Position numbers and translations under genes: made by a program
Notes under the pieces: model-generated
What the model saw: only the letters and a program-made list of their open reading frames with translations
Told to the model about the DNA's origin: nothing
Databases searched by the model: none
DNA from: Dendrobates tinctorius
Taxonomy: Eukaryota
DNA: 64,000 bases
Reading direction: 5' to 3'
Assembly: GCF_039654945.1 (NCBI RefSeq)
Contig: NW_027361722.1
Span: 4,712,001 to 4,776,000 of the forward strand
Shown here: in pieces, positions 13,301 to 23,700 of the stretch
Layout of the letters: each line of letters starts with the position of its first letter
Numbering within the stretch: the first letter of the stretch is position 1

Positions 13301-13882
13301 TGATCCGTGTATCTAATCCTCTCCTGTGTGATACTGACTGCTGATCCGTGTATCTAATCCTCTCCTGTGTGATACTGACTGCTGAGCTGTGTATCTAATC
13401 CTCTCCTGTGTGATACTGACTGCTGATCCGTGTATCTAATCCTATCCTGTGTGATACTGTCTGCTGAGCCGTGTATCTAATCCTATCCTGTGTGATACTG
13501 ACTGCTGATCCGTGTATCTAATCCTATCCTGTGTGATACTGACTGCTGATCCGTGTACCTAATCCTCTCCTGTGATACTGACTGCTGAGCCGTGTATCTC
13601 ATCCTGTCCTGTGTGATACTGGGCCGTGTATCTAATCCTCTCCTGTGTGATACTGACTGCTGAGCCGTGTATCTAATCCTCTCCTGTGTGATACTGGGCC
13701 GTGTATCTAATTCTGTCACGTGTGCTGTATCTCAGCTCGCTGCAGCACGTGGATAACGCTGGTGTCAGTACTCGGCTTTAGTCCCAGGCTCTGACCTTCG
13801 TCTTGGGTTCGGTGCTCTGCCGCCTCCACCGGTACAGCTCCGGCTTGAGGTGCAGCTGCCGCTCGTGGTTCCCGGCTCTCAT
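1241..13882 (-). CDS. CCDC191: Coiled-coil domain-containing protein 191 (KIAA1407 ortholog), 17 coding exons, about 896 aa
   Basis: complement(join(1241..1385,1483..1637,1907..2059,2376..2519,2626..2727,2997..3079,5117..5223,5449..5882,6061..6298,6393..6583,7404..7536,7806..8023,9412..9587,10114..10254,10688..10832,11778..11816,13796..13882)). All introns are GT-AG and phase-consistent; total 2691 nt. Peptides match human CCDC191 as recalled (VEHWIKRVEQASEFAVS, TMELRHQQVKENR, KKEEEEIQREMVKLR, AMEERAAQRAE, VAELLPDF). An alternative in-frame ATG lies at 13921. Confidence 0.93.
1483..1637 (-). CDS. CCDC191: CCDC191 coding exon 16
   Basis: YKDYLSIQEE...AAEHNQR. Confidence 0.88.
1907..2059 (-). 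CDS. CCDC191: CCDC191 coding exon 15
   Basis: RAESHHRR...LLLRRIFRHWLK. Confidence 0.88.
2376..2519 (-). CDS. CCDC191: CCDC191 coding exon 14
   Basis: KEEEKQRR...GLAPWKKLLVQRSQNVE. Confidence 0.9.
2626..2727 (-). CDS. CCDC191: CCDC191 coding exon 13
   Basis: AELRAAEEQRLQLELAEKEAQLEKKREEKRLQRQ. Confidence 0.9.
2997..3079 (-). CDS. CCDC191: CCDC191 coding exon 12
   Basis: AMEERAAQRAERRRLLEEMRKRREEERL. Confidence 0.9.
3170..5070. repeat. Complex C-rich minisatellite (about 35-bp subunits with higher-order blocks)
   Basis: Alternating ...gtcatcaaccatgacatcgcgcatcctc... and ...caaccgcaacagcacgagtcctccctctcc... units in CCDC191 intron 11. Confidence 0.9.
5117..5223 (-). CDS. CCDC191: CCDC191 coding exon 11
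   Basis: LPLSSKP...STPHPAVT (human TPHPILK); phases 2 and 1 fit the neighbouring exons. Confidence 0.8.
5449..5882 (-). CDS. CCDC191: CCDC191 coding exon 10
   Basis: FENRHTFQQKLIEEQRRQLQEQKEMIL. Confidence 0.88.
6061..6298 (-). CDS. CCDC191: CCDC191 coding exon 9
   Basis: KLQAAAE...CLIEWQLW...KEETKRKMAALLDAAS. Confidence 0.88.
6393..6583 (-). CDS. CCDC191: CCDC191 coding exon 8
   Basis: CLQNHFSAWYKLVLERRVKMGKARALADWRLQLRTFRAWRD. Confidence 0.9.
6720..7375. repeat. 45-bp minisatellite
   Basis: gcatgaagtggcagatagcagggaacactaggcagtctcccccca, about 14 copies. Confidence 0.95.
7404..7536 (-). CDS. CCDC191: CCDC191 coding exon 7
   Basis: EVKRQELQ...QIYAENHR. Confidence 0.85.
7806..8023 (-). 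CDS. CCDC191: CCDC191 coding exon 6
   Basis: VKENRAQRQRE...EIQREMVKLRKEM. Confidence 0.9.
8117..9140. mobile_element. Foldback insertion, probably a Penelope-like non-autonomous element, with a 14-bp TSD
   Basis: Inverted arms at 8169-8665 and 8706-9142. Direct repeat TGAACCTCTACAAT at 8103-8116 and 9141-9154. Hammerhead-like motif in the loop. Confidence 0.75.
8672..8707 (+). ncRNA. Minimal type I hammerhead ribozyme-like motif (U4 variant)
   Basis: CCC-CGGAAGA-A-GC(TTGTT)GC-GAAA-CG(CA)CG-TT-GGGG: helix I, CNGANGA core, 2-bp helix II, GAAA, short helix III and a GUH site. Confidence 0.55.
9412..9587 (-). CDS. CCDC191: CCDC191 coding exon 5
   Basis: DLYNYLEKE...VTMELRHQQ. Confidence 0.9.
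10114..10254 (-). CDS. CCDC191: CCDC191 coding exon 4
   Basis: AQDLLSGWLSNKLKVELASD...KYSRFD. Confidence 0.9.
10688..10832 (-). CDS. CCDC191: CCDC191 coding exon 3
   Basis: RVEQASEFAVSEVF...DHDDAYTE; not in the ORF track. Confidence 0.9.
11778..11816 (-). CDS. CCDC191: CCDC191 coding exon 2
   Basis: AAFDYDNVEHWIK, bounded by AG and GT. Confidence 0.9.
11846..13715. repeat. 41-bp minisatellite filling CCDC191 intron 1
   Basis: gtgtatctaatcctctcctgtgtgatactgactgctgagcc, about 45 copies. Confidence 0.96.
13796..13882 (-). CDS. CCDC191: CCDC191 coding exon 1
   Basis: gacgccATG...MRAGNHERQLHLKPELYRWRRQSTEPKTK|gtcag. Confidence 0.75.
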
Positions 13883-13929
13883 GGCGTCCCCGGTCCCTTT
13901 GAGCATCCTCCAGTCCCCCATCGGGCTCA

Positions 13930-14340
13930 CCTGCAGGCAGAGGTGCAAAGACGCAGATGCATGCTGGGAGTTGTAGTTCTTCACATCCACCCCCTACTTC
14001 TCTCAGATAGACGGCAGCGCCTGACTGGACTACAAATCCCGAAAAGCTTCACTTGTAACGGAAGCGTCCAGCTGTTCCCATAGTTACAGTACACAGAGAA
14101 CGCAGAGTCACATGACTTGTGAACACTCGGCGATGAGTGATGACGTCGCGAGAGCTGATTGGCCCGATGGAGTTACGTAGAAGGCCGCGTCTTGCTTCCT
14201 TCCTGCACAGCACATGATCCCGTGTGTGTGTGGCGATCAGTGGTCATTGACGTCTGCTCGCGTTAACCCCCGCTGCACCAGTGTGTTGTGTTAACCCTTT
14301 ATTAGCCCGGATTTTTCTCTGGATGGTCGCGGTGAGTAGT
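13930..14340. promoter_or_regulatory. Bidirectional CCDC191/QTRT2 promoter
   Basis: Head-to-head start codons about 700 bp apart; CpG-rich. ZNF143/Staf-type motifs in opposite orientation (ACTACAACTCCCAGCATGC on - at 13959-13977; ACTACAAATCCC on + at 14029-14040). Palindromic E-box GTCACATGAC at 14107-14116; TGACGTC, TCGCGAGA and a reverse CCAAT (CTGATTGG) at about 14141-14163. Confidence 0.75.
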
Positions 14341-14575
14341 TGCTGCGTCAGTAGCGCTGCCCTGTGTGCACAGGACCCACATGTGAGAGGGTTGAGCCTA
14401 GACTGTATGGGCTCCTTCCAGGTCCTAACTGCAGCCCATACTGTCTAGCATCTACCCATGCGAGAGCCTCCAGCAGGAGCAGACGGCCGCGGATCTCCAG
14501 GACTACAGCTACCAGCATGCCCTCGTCATGATTCTCACCAATGTGTCTTTTCTCCTGACAGTCGCCCGTGGTGGG

Positions 14576-14778
14576 ATGATGAAGCTGACGATCGGTGCTG
14601 TGACGGGCCGCGCTCGCCTCGGGGTGATCAGCAGCCGGGGCCAGACCGGAGAGAAGAGGCTGGAAGTCCCGGGCTGCCTGCTGTACACGCGGACGGCGTC
14701 TCCCCCACATCTCACCCACGACACCCTGCGGAGCATCGACAGCGTCCCACCCGTGACCCACGTCACCCTGTCCACGCT
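14576..14778 (+). CDS. QTRT2: QTRT2 coding exon 1
   Basis: MMKLTIG...[20 protein letters not shown]...TLSTL. Confidence 0.92.
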
Positions 14779-17700
14779 GTAAGAGAAGGCTGCGAGACAG
14801 AGGAGCTGCATAGAGGATGTCAGGAGAGGGCACCCAGCGGCACAGAGGATGTCAGGAGAGGGCACCCAGCGGCACAGAGGATGTCAGGAGAGGGCACCCA
14901 GCGGCACAGAGGATTTCAGGAGAGGGCACCCAGCGGCACAGAGGATGTCAGGAGAGGGGGCCCCAGCGGCACAGAGGATGTCAGGAGAGGGGGCCCCAGC
15001 GGCACAGAGGATGTCAGGAGAGGGGGCCCCAGCGGCACAGAGGATGTCAGGAGAGGGGGCCCCAGCGGCACAGAGGATGTCAGGAGAGGGGGCCCCAGCG
15101 GCACAGAGGATGTCAGGAGAGGGGGCCCCAGCGGCACAGAGGATGTCAGGAGAGGGGGCCCCAGCGGCACAGAGGATGTCAGGAGAGGGGGCCCCAGCGG
15201 CACAGAGGATGTCAGGAGAGGGGGCCCCAGCGGCACAGAGGATGTCAGGAGAGGGGGCCCCAGCGGCACAGAGGATGTCAGGAGAGGGGGCCCCAGCGGC
15301 ACAGAGGATGTCAGGAGAGGGGGCCCCAGCGGCACAGAGGATGTCAGGAGAGGGGGCCCCAGCGGCACAGAGGATGTCAGGAGAGGGGGCCCCAGCGGCA
15401 CAGAGGATGTCAGGAGAGGGGGCCCCAGCGGCACAGAGGATGTCAGGAGAGGGGGCCCCAGCGGCACAGAGGATGTCAGGAGAGGGGGCCCCAGCGGCAC
15501 AGAGGATGTCAGGAGAGGGGGCCCCAGCGGCACAGAGGATGTCAGGAGAGGGGGCCCCAGCGGCACAGAGGATGTCAGGAGAGGGGGCCCCAGCGGCACA
15601 GAGGATGTCAGGAGAGGGGGCCCCAGCGGCACAGAGGATGTCAGGAGAGGGGGCCCCAGCGGCACAGAGGATGTCAGGAGAGGGGGCCCCAGCGGCACAG
15701 AGGATGTCAGGAGAGGGGGCCCCAGCGGCACAGAGGATGTCAGGAGAGGGGGCCCCAGCGGCACAGAGGATGTCAGGAGAGGAGGCCCCAGCGGCACAGA
15801 GGATGTCAGGAGAGGGGGCCCCAGCGGCACAGAGGATGTCAGGAGAGGGGGCCCCAGCGGCACAGAGGATGTCAGGAGAGGGCACCCAGCGGCACAGAGG
15901 ATGTCAGGAGAGGGCACCCAGCGGCACAGAGGATGTCAGGAGAGGGCGCCCCAGCAGCACAGAGGATGTCAGGAGAGTGCAGAGGGGGTCCCAGCAGCAC
16001 CGAGGATGTCAGGAGAGGGCGCCGAGCAGCACAGAGGATGTCAGGAGAGGGCGCCCCAGCAGCACAGAGGATGTCAGGAGAGGGGGCCCAGCAGCACAGA
16101 GGATGTCAGGAGAGGGGGCCCCAGCGGCACAGAGGATGTCAGGAGAGGGAGCCCCAGCGGCACAGAGGATGTCAGGAGAGGGAGCCCCAGCGGCACAGAG
16201 GATGTCAGGAGAGGGGGCCCCAGCGGCACAGAGGATGTCAGGAGAGGGGGCCCCAGCGGCACAGAGGATGTCAGGAGAGGGGGCCCCAGCGGCACAGAGG
16301 ATGTCAGGAGAGGGGGCCCCAGCGGCACAGAGGATGTCAGGAGAGGGGGCCCCAGCGGCACAGAGGATGTCAGGAGAGGGGGCCCCAGCGGCACAGAGGA
16401 TGTCAGGAGAGGGGGCCCCAGCGGCACAGAGGATGTCAGGAGAGGGGGCCCCAGCGGCACAGAGGATGTCAGGAGAGGGGGCCCCAGCGGCACAGAGGAT
16501 GTCAGGAGAGGGGGCCCCAGCGGCACAGAGGATGTCAGGAGAGGGGGCCCCAGCGGCACAGAGGATGTCAGGAGAGGAGGCCCCAGCGGCACAGAGGATG
16601 TCAGGAGAGGGGGCCCCAGCGGCACAGAGGATGTCAGGAGAGGGGGCCCCAGCGGCACAGAGGATGTCAGGAGAGGGCTCCCCAGCAGCACAGAGGATGT
16701 CAGGAGAGGGCTCCCCAGCAGCACAGAGGATGTCAGGAGAGGGCTCCCCAGCAGCACAGAGGATGTCAGGAGAGGGCTCCCCAGCAGCACAGAGGATGTC
16801 AGGAGAGGGCTCCCCAGCAGCACAGAGGATGTCAGGAGAGGGCTCCCCAGCAGCACAGAGGATGTCAGGAGAGGGCTCCCCAGCAGCACAGAGGATGTCA
16901 GGAGAGGGCTCCCCAGCAGCACAGAGGATGTCAGGAGAGTGCAGAGGGCGCCCCAGCAGCGCCGAGGATGTCAGGAGAGTGCAGCGGGCACCTCAGCAGC
17001 ACAGAGGATGTCAGGAGAGTGCAGCGGGCACCCCAGCAGCACAGAGGATGTCAGGAGAGTGCAGCGGGCACCCGAGCAGCACAGAGGATGTCAGGAGAGT
17101 GCAGCGGGCACCCGAGCAGCACAGAGGATGTCAGGAGAGTGCAGCGGGCACCCGAGCAGCACAGAGGATGTCAGGAGAGTGCAGCGGGCACCCCAGCAGC
17201 ACAGAGGATGTCAGGAGAGGGCGACCCAGCAGCACAGAGGATGTCAGGAGAGGGCGACCCAGCAGCACAGAGGATGTCAGGAGAGTGCAGCGGGCACCCC
17301 AGCAGCACAGAGGATGTCAGGAGAGTGCAGCGGGCACCCCAGCAGCACAGAGGATGTCAGGAGAGTGCAGTGGGCACCCCAGCAGCACAGAGGTTGTCAG
17401 GAGAGGGCGACCCAGCAGCACAGAGGATGTCGGGAGAGTGCAGCGGGCACCCCAGCAGCACAGAGGATGTCGGGAGAGTGCAGCGGGCACCCCAGCAGCA
17501 CAGAGGATGTCGGGAGAGTGCAGCGGGCACCCAAGCAGCACAGAGGATGTCGGGAGAGTGCAGCGGGCACCCCAGCAGCACAGAGGATGTCGGGAGAGTG
17601 CAGCGGGCACCCCAGCAGCACAGAGGATGTCGGGAGAGTGCAGCGGGCACCCCAGCAGCACAGAGGATGTCGGGAGAGTGCAGCGGGCACCCCAGCAGCA

Positions 17701-20700
17701 CAGAGGATGTCGGGAGAGTGCAGCGGGCACCCCAGCAGCACAGAGGATGTCGGGAGAGTGCAGCGGGCACCCCAGCAGCACAGAGGATGTCGGGAGAGTG
17801 CAGCGGGCACCCCAGCAGTACAGAGGATGTCGGGAGAGGACAAACTAGTGCAGCAGGGTCCCCCAGAGTATCTCAGGGGAAGATCGATAAGTGCAGCGGG
17901 ATCTACAGCAGCACAGAGTGTTTCAGGAGATGACAGGTTACATGGCAGTAATATAAGCAGCAGATCCTCAGGCTGTGACTTCTTCGCAGGGCAGAACATC
18001 AAGAAGTCCTGGAGGAATATAAGGAGGGGATCGGGAAGTTTGCAGGTGAGCTGCCATCTACCTGACGTGCCCCAGTCGGGATCATCTCCCCCAAACCTGC
18101 CTGTGGTTGTATATCTGGATTTTGTGCCTTTCCTCCCTTCAGATGTTTCTGTTCATCCATATTTCTGCAGTGTCTCCGGGTCGCCCATTCTTATTGATTT
18201 GCCTTGTTCCATCACCTGATGCCTCTTCATCTCGAGGTGATGGACGCTGTGATTACATCCTACTGAATGTTCATAAATATCCCCACTGTGTGCGGTCCTC
18301 TCATTCCTCTTCCCTGAGCATCCTCCGCTGAGACCCTTCCCCCTCTGTCTTCAGGTCTGTGTCTCTTTACTCGTTTTCTGAAAGTTCTTTGCTTTGGGAA
18401 ATTGCTGACACCAACAAGTGTTTCCTGAGGAGAACATGGTGGTCAGTAACGAGGTTTTGTGTGCCTTTATTTAACGGGTCAGTCATCGATGAATTCCGCA
18501 CTGCCAATCCCATCTCCTTGAAATACTTGGAGAACTTCTGAACTGGACGTGGATTCTAACCGTCCGGGCTCCACAGTTTACTCTGCACTGATGTTTTAAA
18601 ATGTCAATGCAGAGTAAGCAGCTTATATGAGATTGACAGCCGCTCCGCACCTCCCCAGACACAGCCAGACTCCTCACAGAGCAGAGATATATGGCTGAAC
18701 CAGCGCCTCATCAGGAGCTCCGGCTCCCTCCATCCACCCAGTGATCACATGACTGCGGGGTCCTCGGAGACATACAGGGGTTGGACAAAATAATGGAAAC
18801 ACCTCACGTTTTGGCATCATAATCTTCGAACATGTTATAAACATGTCACGGTTTGCATGTGGTAATGTTTTGTAGTTGATTATTTGTGTGATGTGATATG
18901 TGTATGTAAATTAACTGTTTGTTTTGCAGAATTGTAAGAACATTGATGAGAACCTGATACCAATGGCAGACCTCTCGGATTTTCAAAGAGGCCAAATTGT
19001 TGGTGCTCGTATGGCAGGCGCTAGTGTGACAGAAAGTGCCCGAATGCTTGGCGTGTCAAGAGGTACTGTCTCCAAAGTAATGACTGCGTTAGAAAGAGAA
19101 GGAAAAACGTCCGCAGCAAAGCACAGGTCCGGCCGAAAGTCGAAGTTGACTGAGAGAGACCGTCGGACTCTAAAGCGAATTGTGAGAGAGGATCGCAACA
19201 CCACGGCTCCGAAAATCACTGCTGAGCTCAATGATCACCTACAGAACCCAGTGTCCACGAAAACTGTCCGTCGGGAGCTGCACAAATCTGGATTCCACGG
19301 AAGAGCTGCAATTAGAAAACCTCTGCTCTCAATGACAAATGTTTCCAAGCGTTTAGCGTGGTGTAGAAACCTCCAGAGTTGGTCCCTCGAGCAGTGGAAA
19401 CGTGATATTCTCAGACGAATCATCGTTTACCCTATTTCCGACCTCCGGCCGAGTGTACCTTTGGAGAAAGCCGAAAGAAGCATTCCATCCAGACTGCCTT
19501 CTCCCAACCGTAAAACATGGCGGAGGTTCTGTGATGATCTGGGGTGCTATTTCATGGAGCTCCGCCGGGCCAATGATATCCCTTCATGGAAGAATTAACA
19601 GCCGCGATTATTTAGGCATTTTGGGCGACCAAGTGCATCCTATGGTTCAAGCACTGTTCCCGGAGGGGAATGCCATCTTTCAGGAAGATAATGCACCAAT
19701 TCATACAGCTAGAATCGTTAAAGCATGGCACGAGGAATATTGTAATGAAGTGGAGCATCTCATCTGGCCCCCACAATCCCCAGACCTCAACATTATTGAG
19801 CATTTATGGCCGATTTTAGAGATTCAAGTTAGACGTCGATTTCCACCGCCATAGTCGCTCAAAGAACTGGAGCGTGTTTTACCTGAAGAATGGGCGACAA
19901 TTCCTTTGGAAACCATTCACACCTTGTATGAATCCATACCTCGGAGAACTGAGGCTGTAATCGCCGCAAAAGGTGGACCTACAACACATTAAGCTAAGTT
20001 TGGTTGATGTTTCCATTATTTTGTCCAACCCCTGTTTGAGCCTCAGCTACAGGGGAAATAAGAAGAAAGTATTACTGCGTGAAAATGCCCCAAAGGCTTT
20101 TTAAGTTAAATAATTAGTAAAAAAAAGAATCTCTGTTTCTAGCCCGGCCCCTGTGGGATAACGTCATATAGTTTTACATTGTTTAGTGTCAGAGATTCAC
20201 AGAGCGGCAGAAATGTCAAATCTTAGACCAGACCGTCCTAAACGTGCAGGATTTAGAACCGACTGGTCTAAGCTATTGGATGCTTTACATTGTGCCAGGA
20301 ATGTGGGTCAGAGTTTTGGCACATTGTGTCGCGCATTAAAGAGCGCCGCTTTTCAGCATGATCCTGCCCTCTAACCTGAAAAGTCATAAAAATGTCTAAA
20401 ACACATCATCGATCTGGTGCAAGTCATGAAAGATGGCGCAAATTACTCCACAAGACTCTGTTCATCCATCCCTTTATTTCCCTTTCTTTCCCTTCCCCTT
20501 TCTTTTTTGCTTTTCATTCATTTCCTTTCCCATCTTTCCTTCTTCCCTACCTTCATTTTCCTCCTTTTCTTTTTTTCCTTTTATTCACTCCCTTCCCTTT
20601 CCCATGGCCAGTATATAAGGGCTGTATCTGTGGTCATGTGTCACTTATGATCTATCTTTCCATCTATCTATGATCTATCTTGTGACCTGCGGCCTGTCGT

Positions 20701-23700
20701 CGTCCTGCAGTGATGACACTTGGCGTCTCCGGTGTTTTCCGCCTCGCGTGTCTGGTGACACCACTGTGCCTGCAGTTACATCCTGTGTGGTCAGGGTGAG
20801 GATGTGACCCCAATAACGGTTCTCGTGGTCTTGTGTTTCTCTTGCAGGTTTATCAGACACTTTACTCTATTGCTCAATACATGACCCCGTTGCTCCGGCC
20901 GCCCCTGGATTTAACACCAATAAGGTAAGGTGGCCCCGGAGTACGCCTTAGGTTCATCCGGAGGTTTGATCTCGTCCTGATTCCGCTGAGGGTCTGCTGC
21001 AGTTGTGTCCAGCCTCGACTGTCCACTGTAGGGCGAATGTGACAGCTCGGAGCCTCGGCAGCAGCATAGAAGATTGTGTGGACTGGACGCAATTGTAACA
21101 AATCCACAGCTGTGAGAAGTAACCTATATTTTCAGCCTTCAAATGTAAAGAAAAAGCTGCCATCACTGACTGCTAGCAGAAATATTGAAAATGTTACGAC
21201 ATTGACCTTCTCTTGGAGTGACTGTTCATCCTGAGCCCCCTGTTTCTTCATCTTCTCACCCCTCCATAGACTGTGTCAGTCTGGGGTTCAGGGGGGCGAT
21301 TGGAGCTGACGCCCCAGAAGTTCATCTCCTTGCAGAGCGCCCTGAGGGTGGACTGGATCCAGTGCTTGTCTGACGGGGAGGTGACGGCCGACGGCTGCTC
21401 CAGGAAGAGAGCAAAGAAGTCCGTGGACCGATCGCTGGCGTTTCTGGATGAATGTCTGAAGCTGATGTCGGAGAACGAGGTGAGCATAAGGGGAGCGGAG
21501 AATCAGGTGCGGGAGACACGCAGTCAGTGAGTCCTTCTTAAAGGGATCATCTGTAACCTGCTGCTTCTTCCTCCAGGCTCTGAAGCAGAAGGTTGTGATT
21601 GGAGCCATCGAGGGAGGAGACCTCCAGGAGGAGAGGCTGAGATCCGCACGAGAGACGGCCAAGAGACCCGTGAGCGGCTTCCTGCTGGACGGATTCCATG
21701 GGCCCAGTGCGAACCTCGAGGCCAAGCTGAACCTTATCTCCGCTGTCACGGCGGAGTTACCAGAGGACAAGCCGCGGTGAGCAGTCTGCAGCAAACCCTC
21801 CGCTCTTTGTGCCCTCAGTCTCTGATAACCACATTCAGTGACAACAGGCAGAGATCTTGAAAACAAATCTTAATACATTTCTTCATATTTGCGATACAGA
21901 ACTCTGAATCCCCCTTCTGGTGTCAAGTCTTCTAGGACTGTGCCTGCAGCGACCACCAGGGGGAGTTCAGGGCCAGCGCACACAGTATGCAGTAGGCTCC
22001 TGAGCTCCCCCTAGTGGTGGCTGCAGGTGGAATTGTGTTATGTAACGTTCGGGAGACGGAGCTCCGTATCAGATATCCGCCTGACAATCTGGAACAATGA
22101 GGCTTCTGGTTTCCTCCATCGTTTCCTTTTAGTTATTATTGCTCTCCTCTTTCTTCCACCTTCTCCAGGGTGATCCATGGCATGGGGCGGCCAGATCAGG
22201 TTATGGACTGCATTGAGCGCGGCGTGGATCTGTTTGACAGCACTTTCCCGTACGAAGTGACAGAGAGAGGCTGCGCCCTGTGCTTCACCCACCAATACCA
22301 GCCAGACCCAGAGACCGCAGGTGAACCGCAGCACCCTGGTAAATGTGCTCGCACTTCATATCTCTCCATGTTACATGCCAGCGGGGGATTACTCCATCAT
22401 TAAGGGGGGATTCACTCTCAAGTTAAAATTTGCTGTAACTTCTAAAAGAGACGGTCGACCGTACTGAAAACTTGTCCATGAGAAGCGAGAGTGCAGTGAA
22501 CCTCAGCGACGAGAAACACTCTCCCCGAGTGGTCTCACTGACTTGTCGCCAGCCGGTCGTCTCCATTCCTAGAGAGACTTGCTGCTTGCCTTCCTGCGTG
22601 TCAGCGGTCTGTGTGCGCTGCTTGCCTTCCTGCATGTCAGCGGTCTGTGCGCTGCTCGCCTTCCAGCGTGTCTGAGGTCTATGCGTGCTGCTCGCCTTCC
22701 TGCGCATCGGCGGTCTGTGCGCTGCTTGCCTTCCTGCGTGTCTGAGGTCTATGTGTGCTGCTCGCCTTCCTGCGCGTGGGCGGTCTGTGCGCTGCTTGCC
22801 TTCCTGCGTGTCTGAGGTCTATGCCTTCCTGCGCGTGGGCGGTCTGTGCGCTGCTCGCCTTCCTGCGCGTCGGTGGTCTGTGTGCGCTGCTCGCCTTCCT
22901 GCGCGTTGGCGGTCTATATGTGCTGCTCGCCTTCCTGCGCGTGGGCGGTCTGTGCGCTGCTCGCCTTCCTGCGCGTGGGCGGTCTGTGCGCTGCTCGCCT
23001 TCCTGCGCGTGGGCGGTCTGTGCGCTGCTCGCCTTCCTGCGCGTGGGCGGTCTGTGCGCTGCTCGCCTTCCTGCGCGTGGGCGGTCTGTGCGCTGCTCGC
23101 CTTCCTGCGCGTGGGCGGTCTGTGCGCTGCTCGCCTTCCTGCGCGTGGGCGGTCTGTGCGCTGCTCGCCTTCCTGCGCGTGGGCGGTCTGTGCGCTGCTC
23201 GCCTTCCTGCGCGTGGGCGGTCTGTGCGCTGCTCGCCTTCCTGCGCGTGGGCGGTCTGTGCGCTGCTCGCCTTCCTGCGCGTGGGCGGTCTGTGCGCTGC
23301 TCGCCTTCCTGCGCGTGGGCGGTCTGTGCGCTGCTCGCCTTCCTGCGCGTGGGCGGTCTGTGCGCTGCTTGCCTTCCTGCGTGTCTGAGGTCTATATGTG
23401 CTGCTTGCCTTCCTGCGCGTGGGCGATCTGTGCGCTGCTTGCCTTCCTGCGTGTCTGAGGTCTATGTGCGCTGCTTGCCTTCCTGCATGTCTGAGGTTTA
23501 TGTGCGCTGCTTGTCTTCCTGCGCATGGGCGGTCTGCGCTGCTCGCCTTCCTGCGCGTCGGTGGTCTGTGCGCTGCTTGCCTTCCTGCGCGTCGGTGGTC
23601 TATGTGCTGCTCGCCTTCCTGCGCGTGGGCGGTCTGTGCGCTGCTTGCCTTCCTGCACGTCGGCGGTCTATATGTGCTGCTTGCCTTCCTGCGCGTCGGC

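Noticed and set aside
11846-13715. Regular 41-bp array resembling CRISPR
   Set aside because: No unique spacers, no cas genes, and a eukaryotic intron context
14458-18219. ORFs of 1253, 1038 and 999 aa
   Set aside because: Translations of a stop-free minisatellite lying inside a QTRT2 intron and open in several frames; not genes
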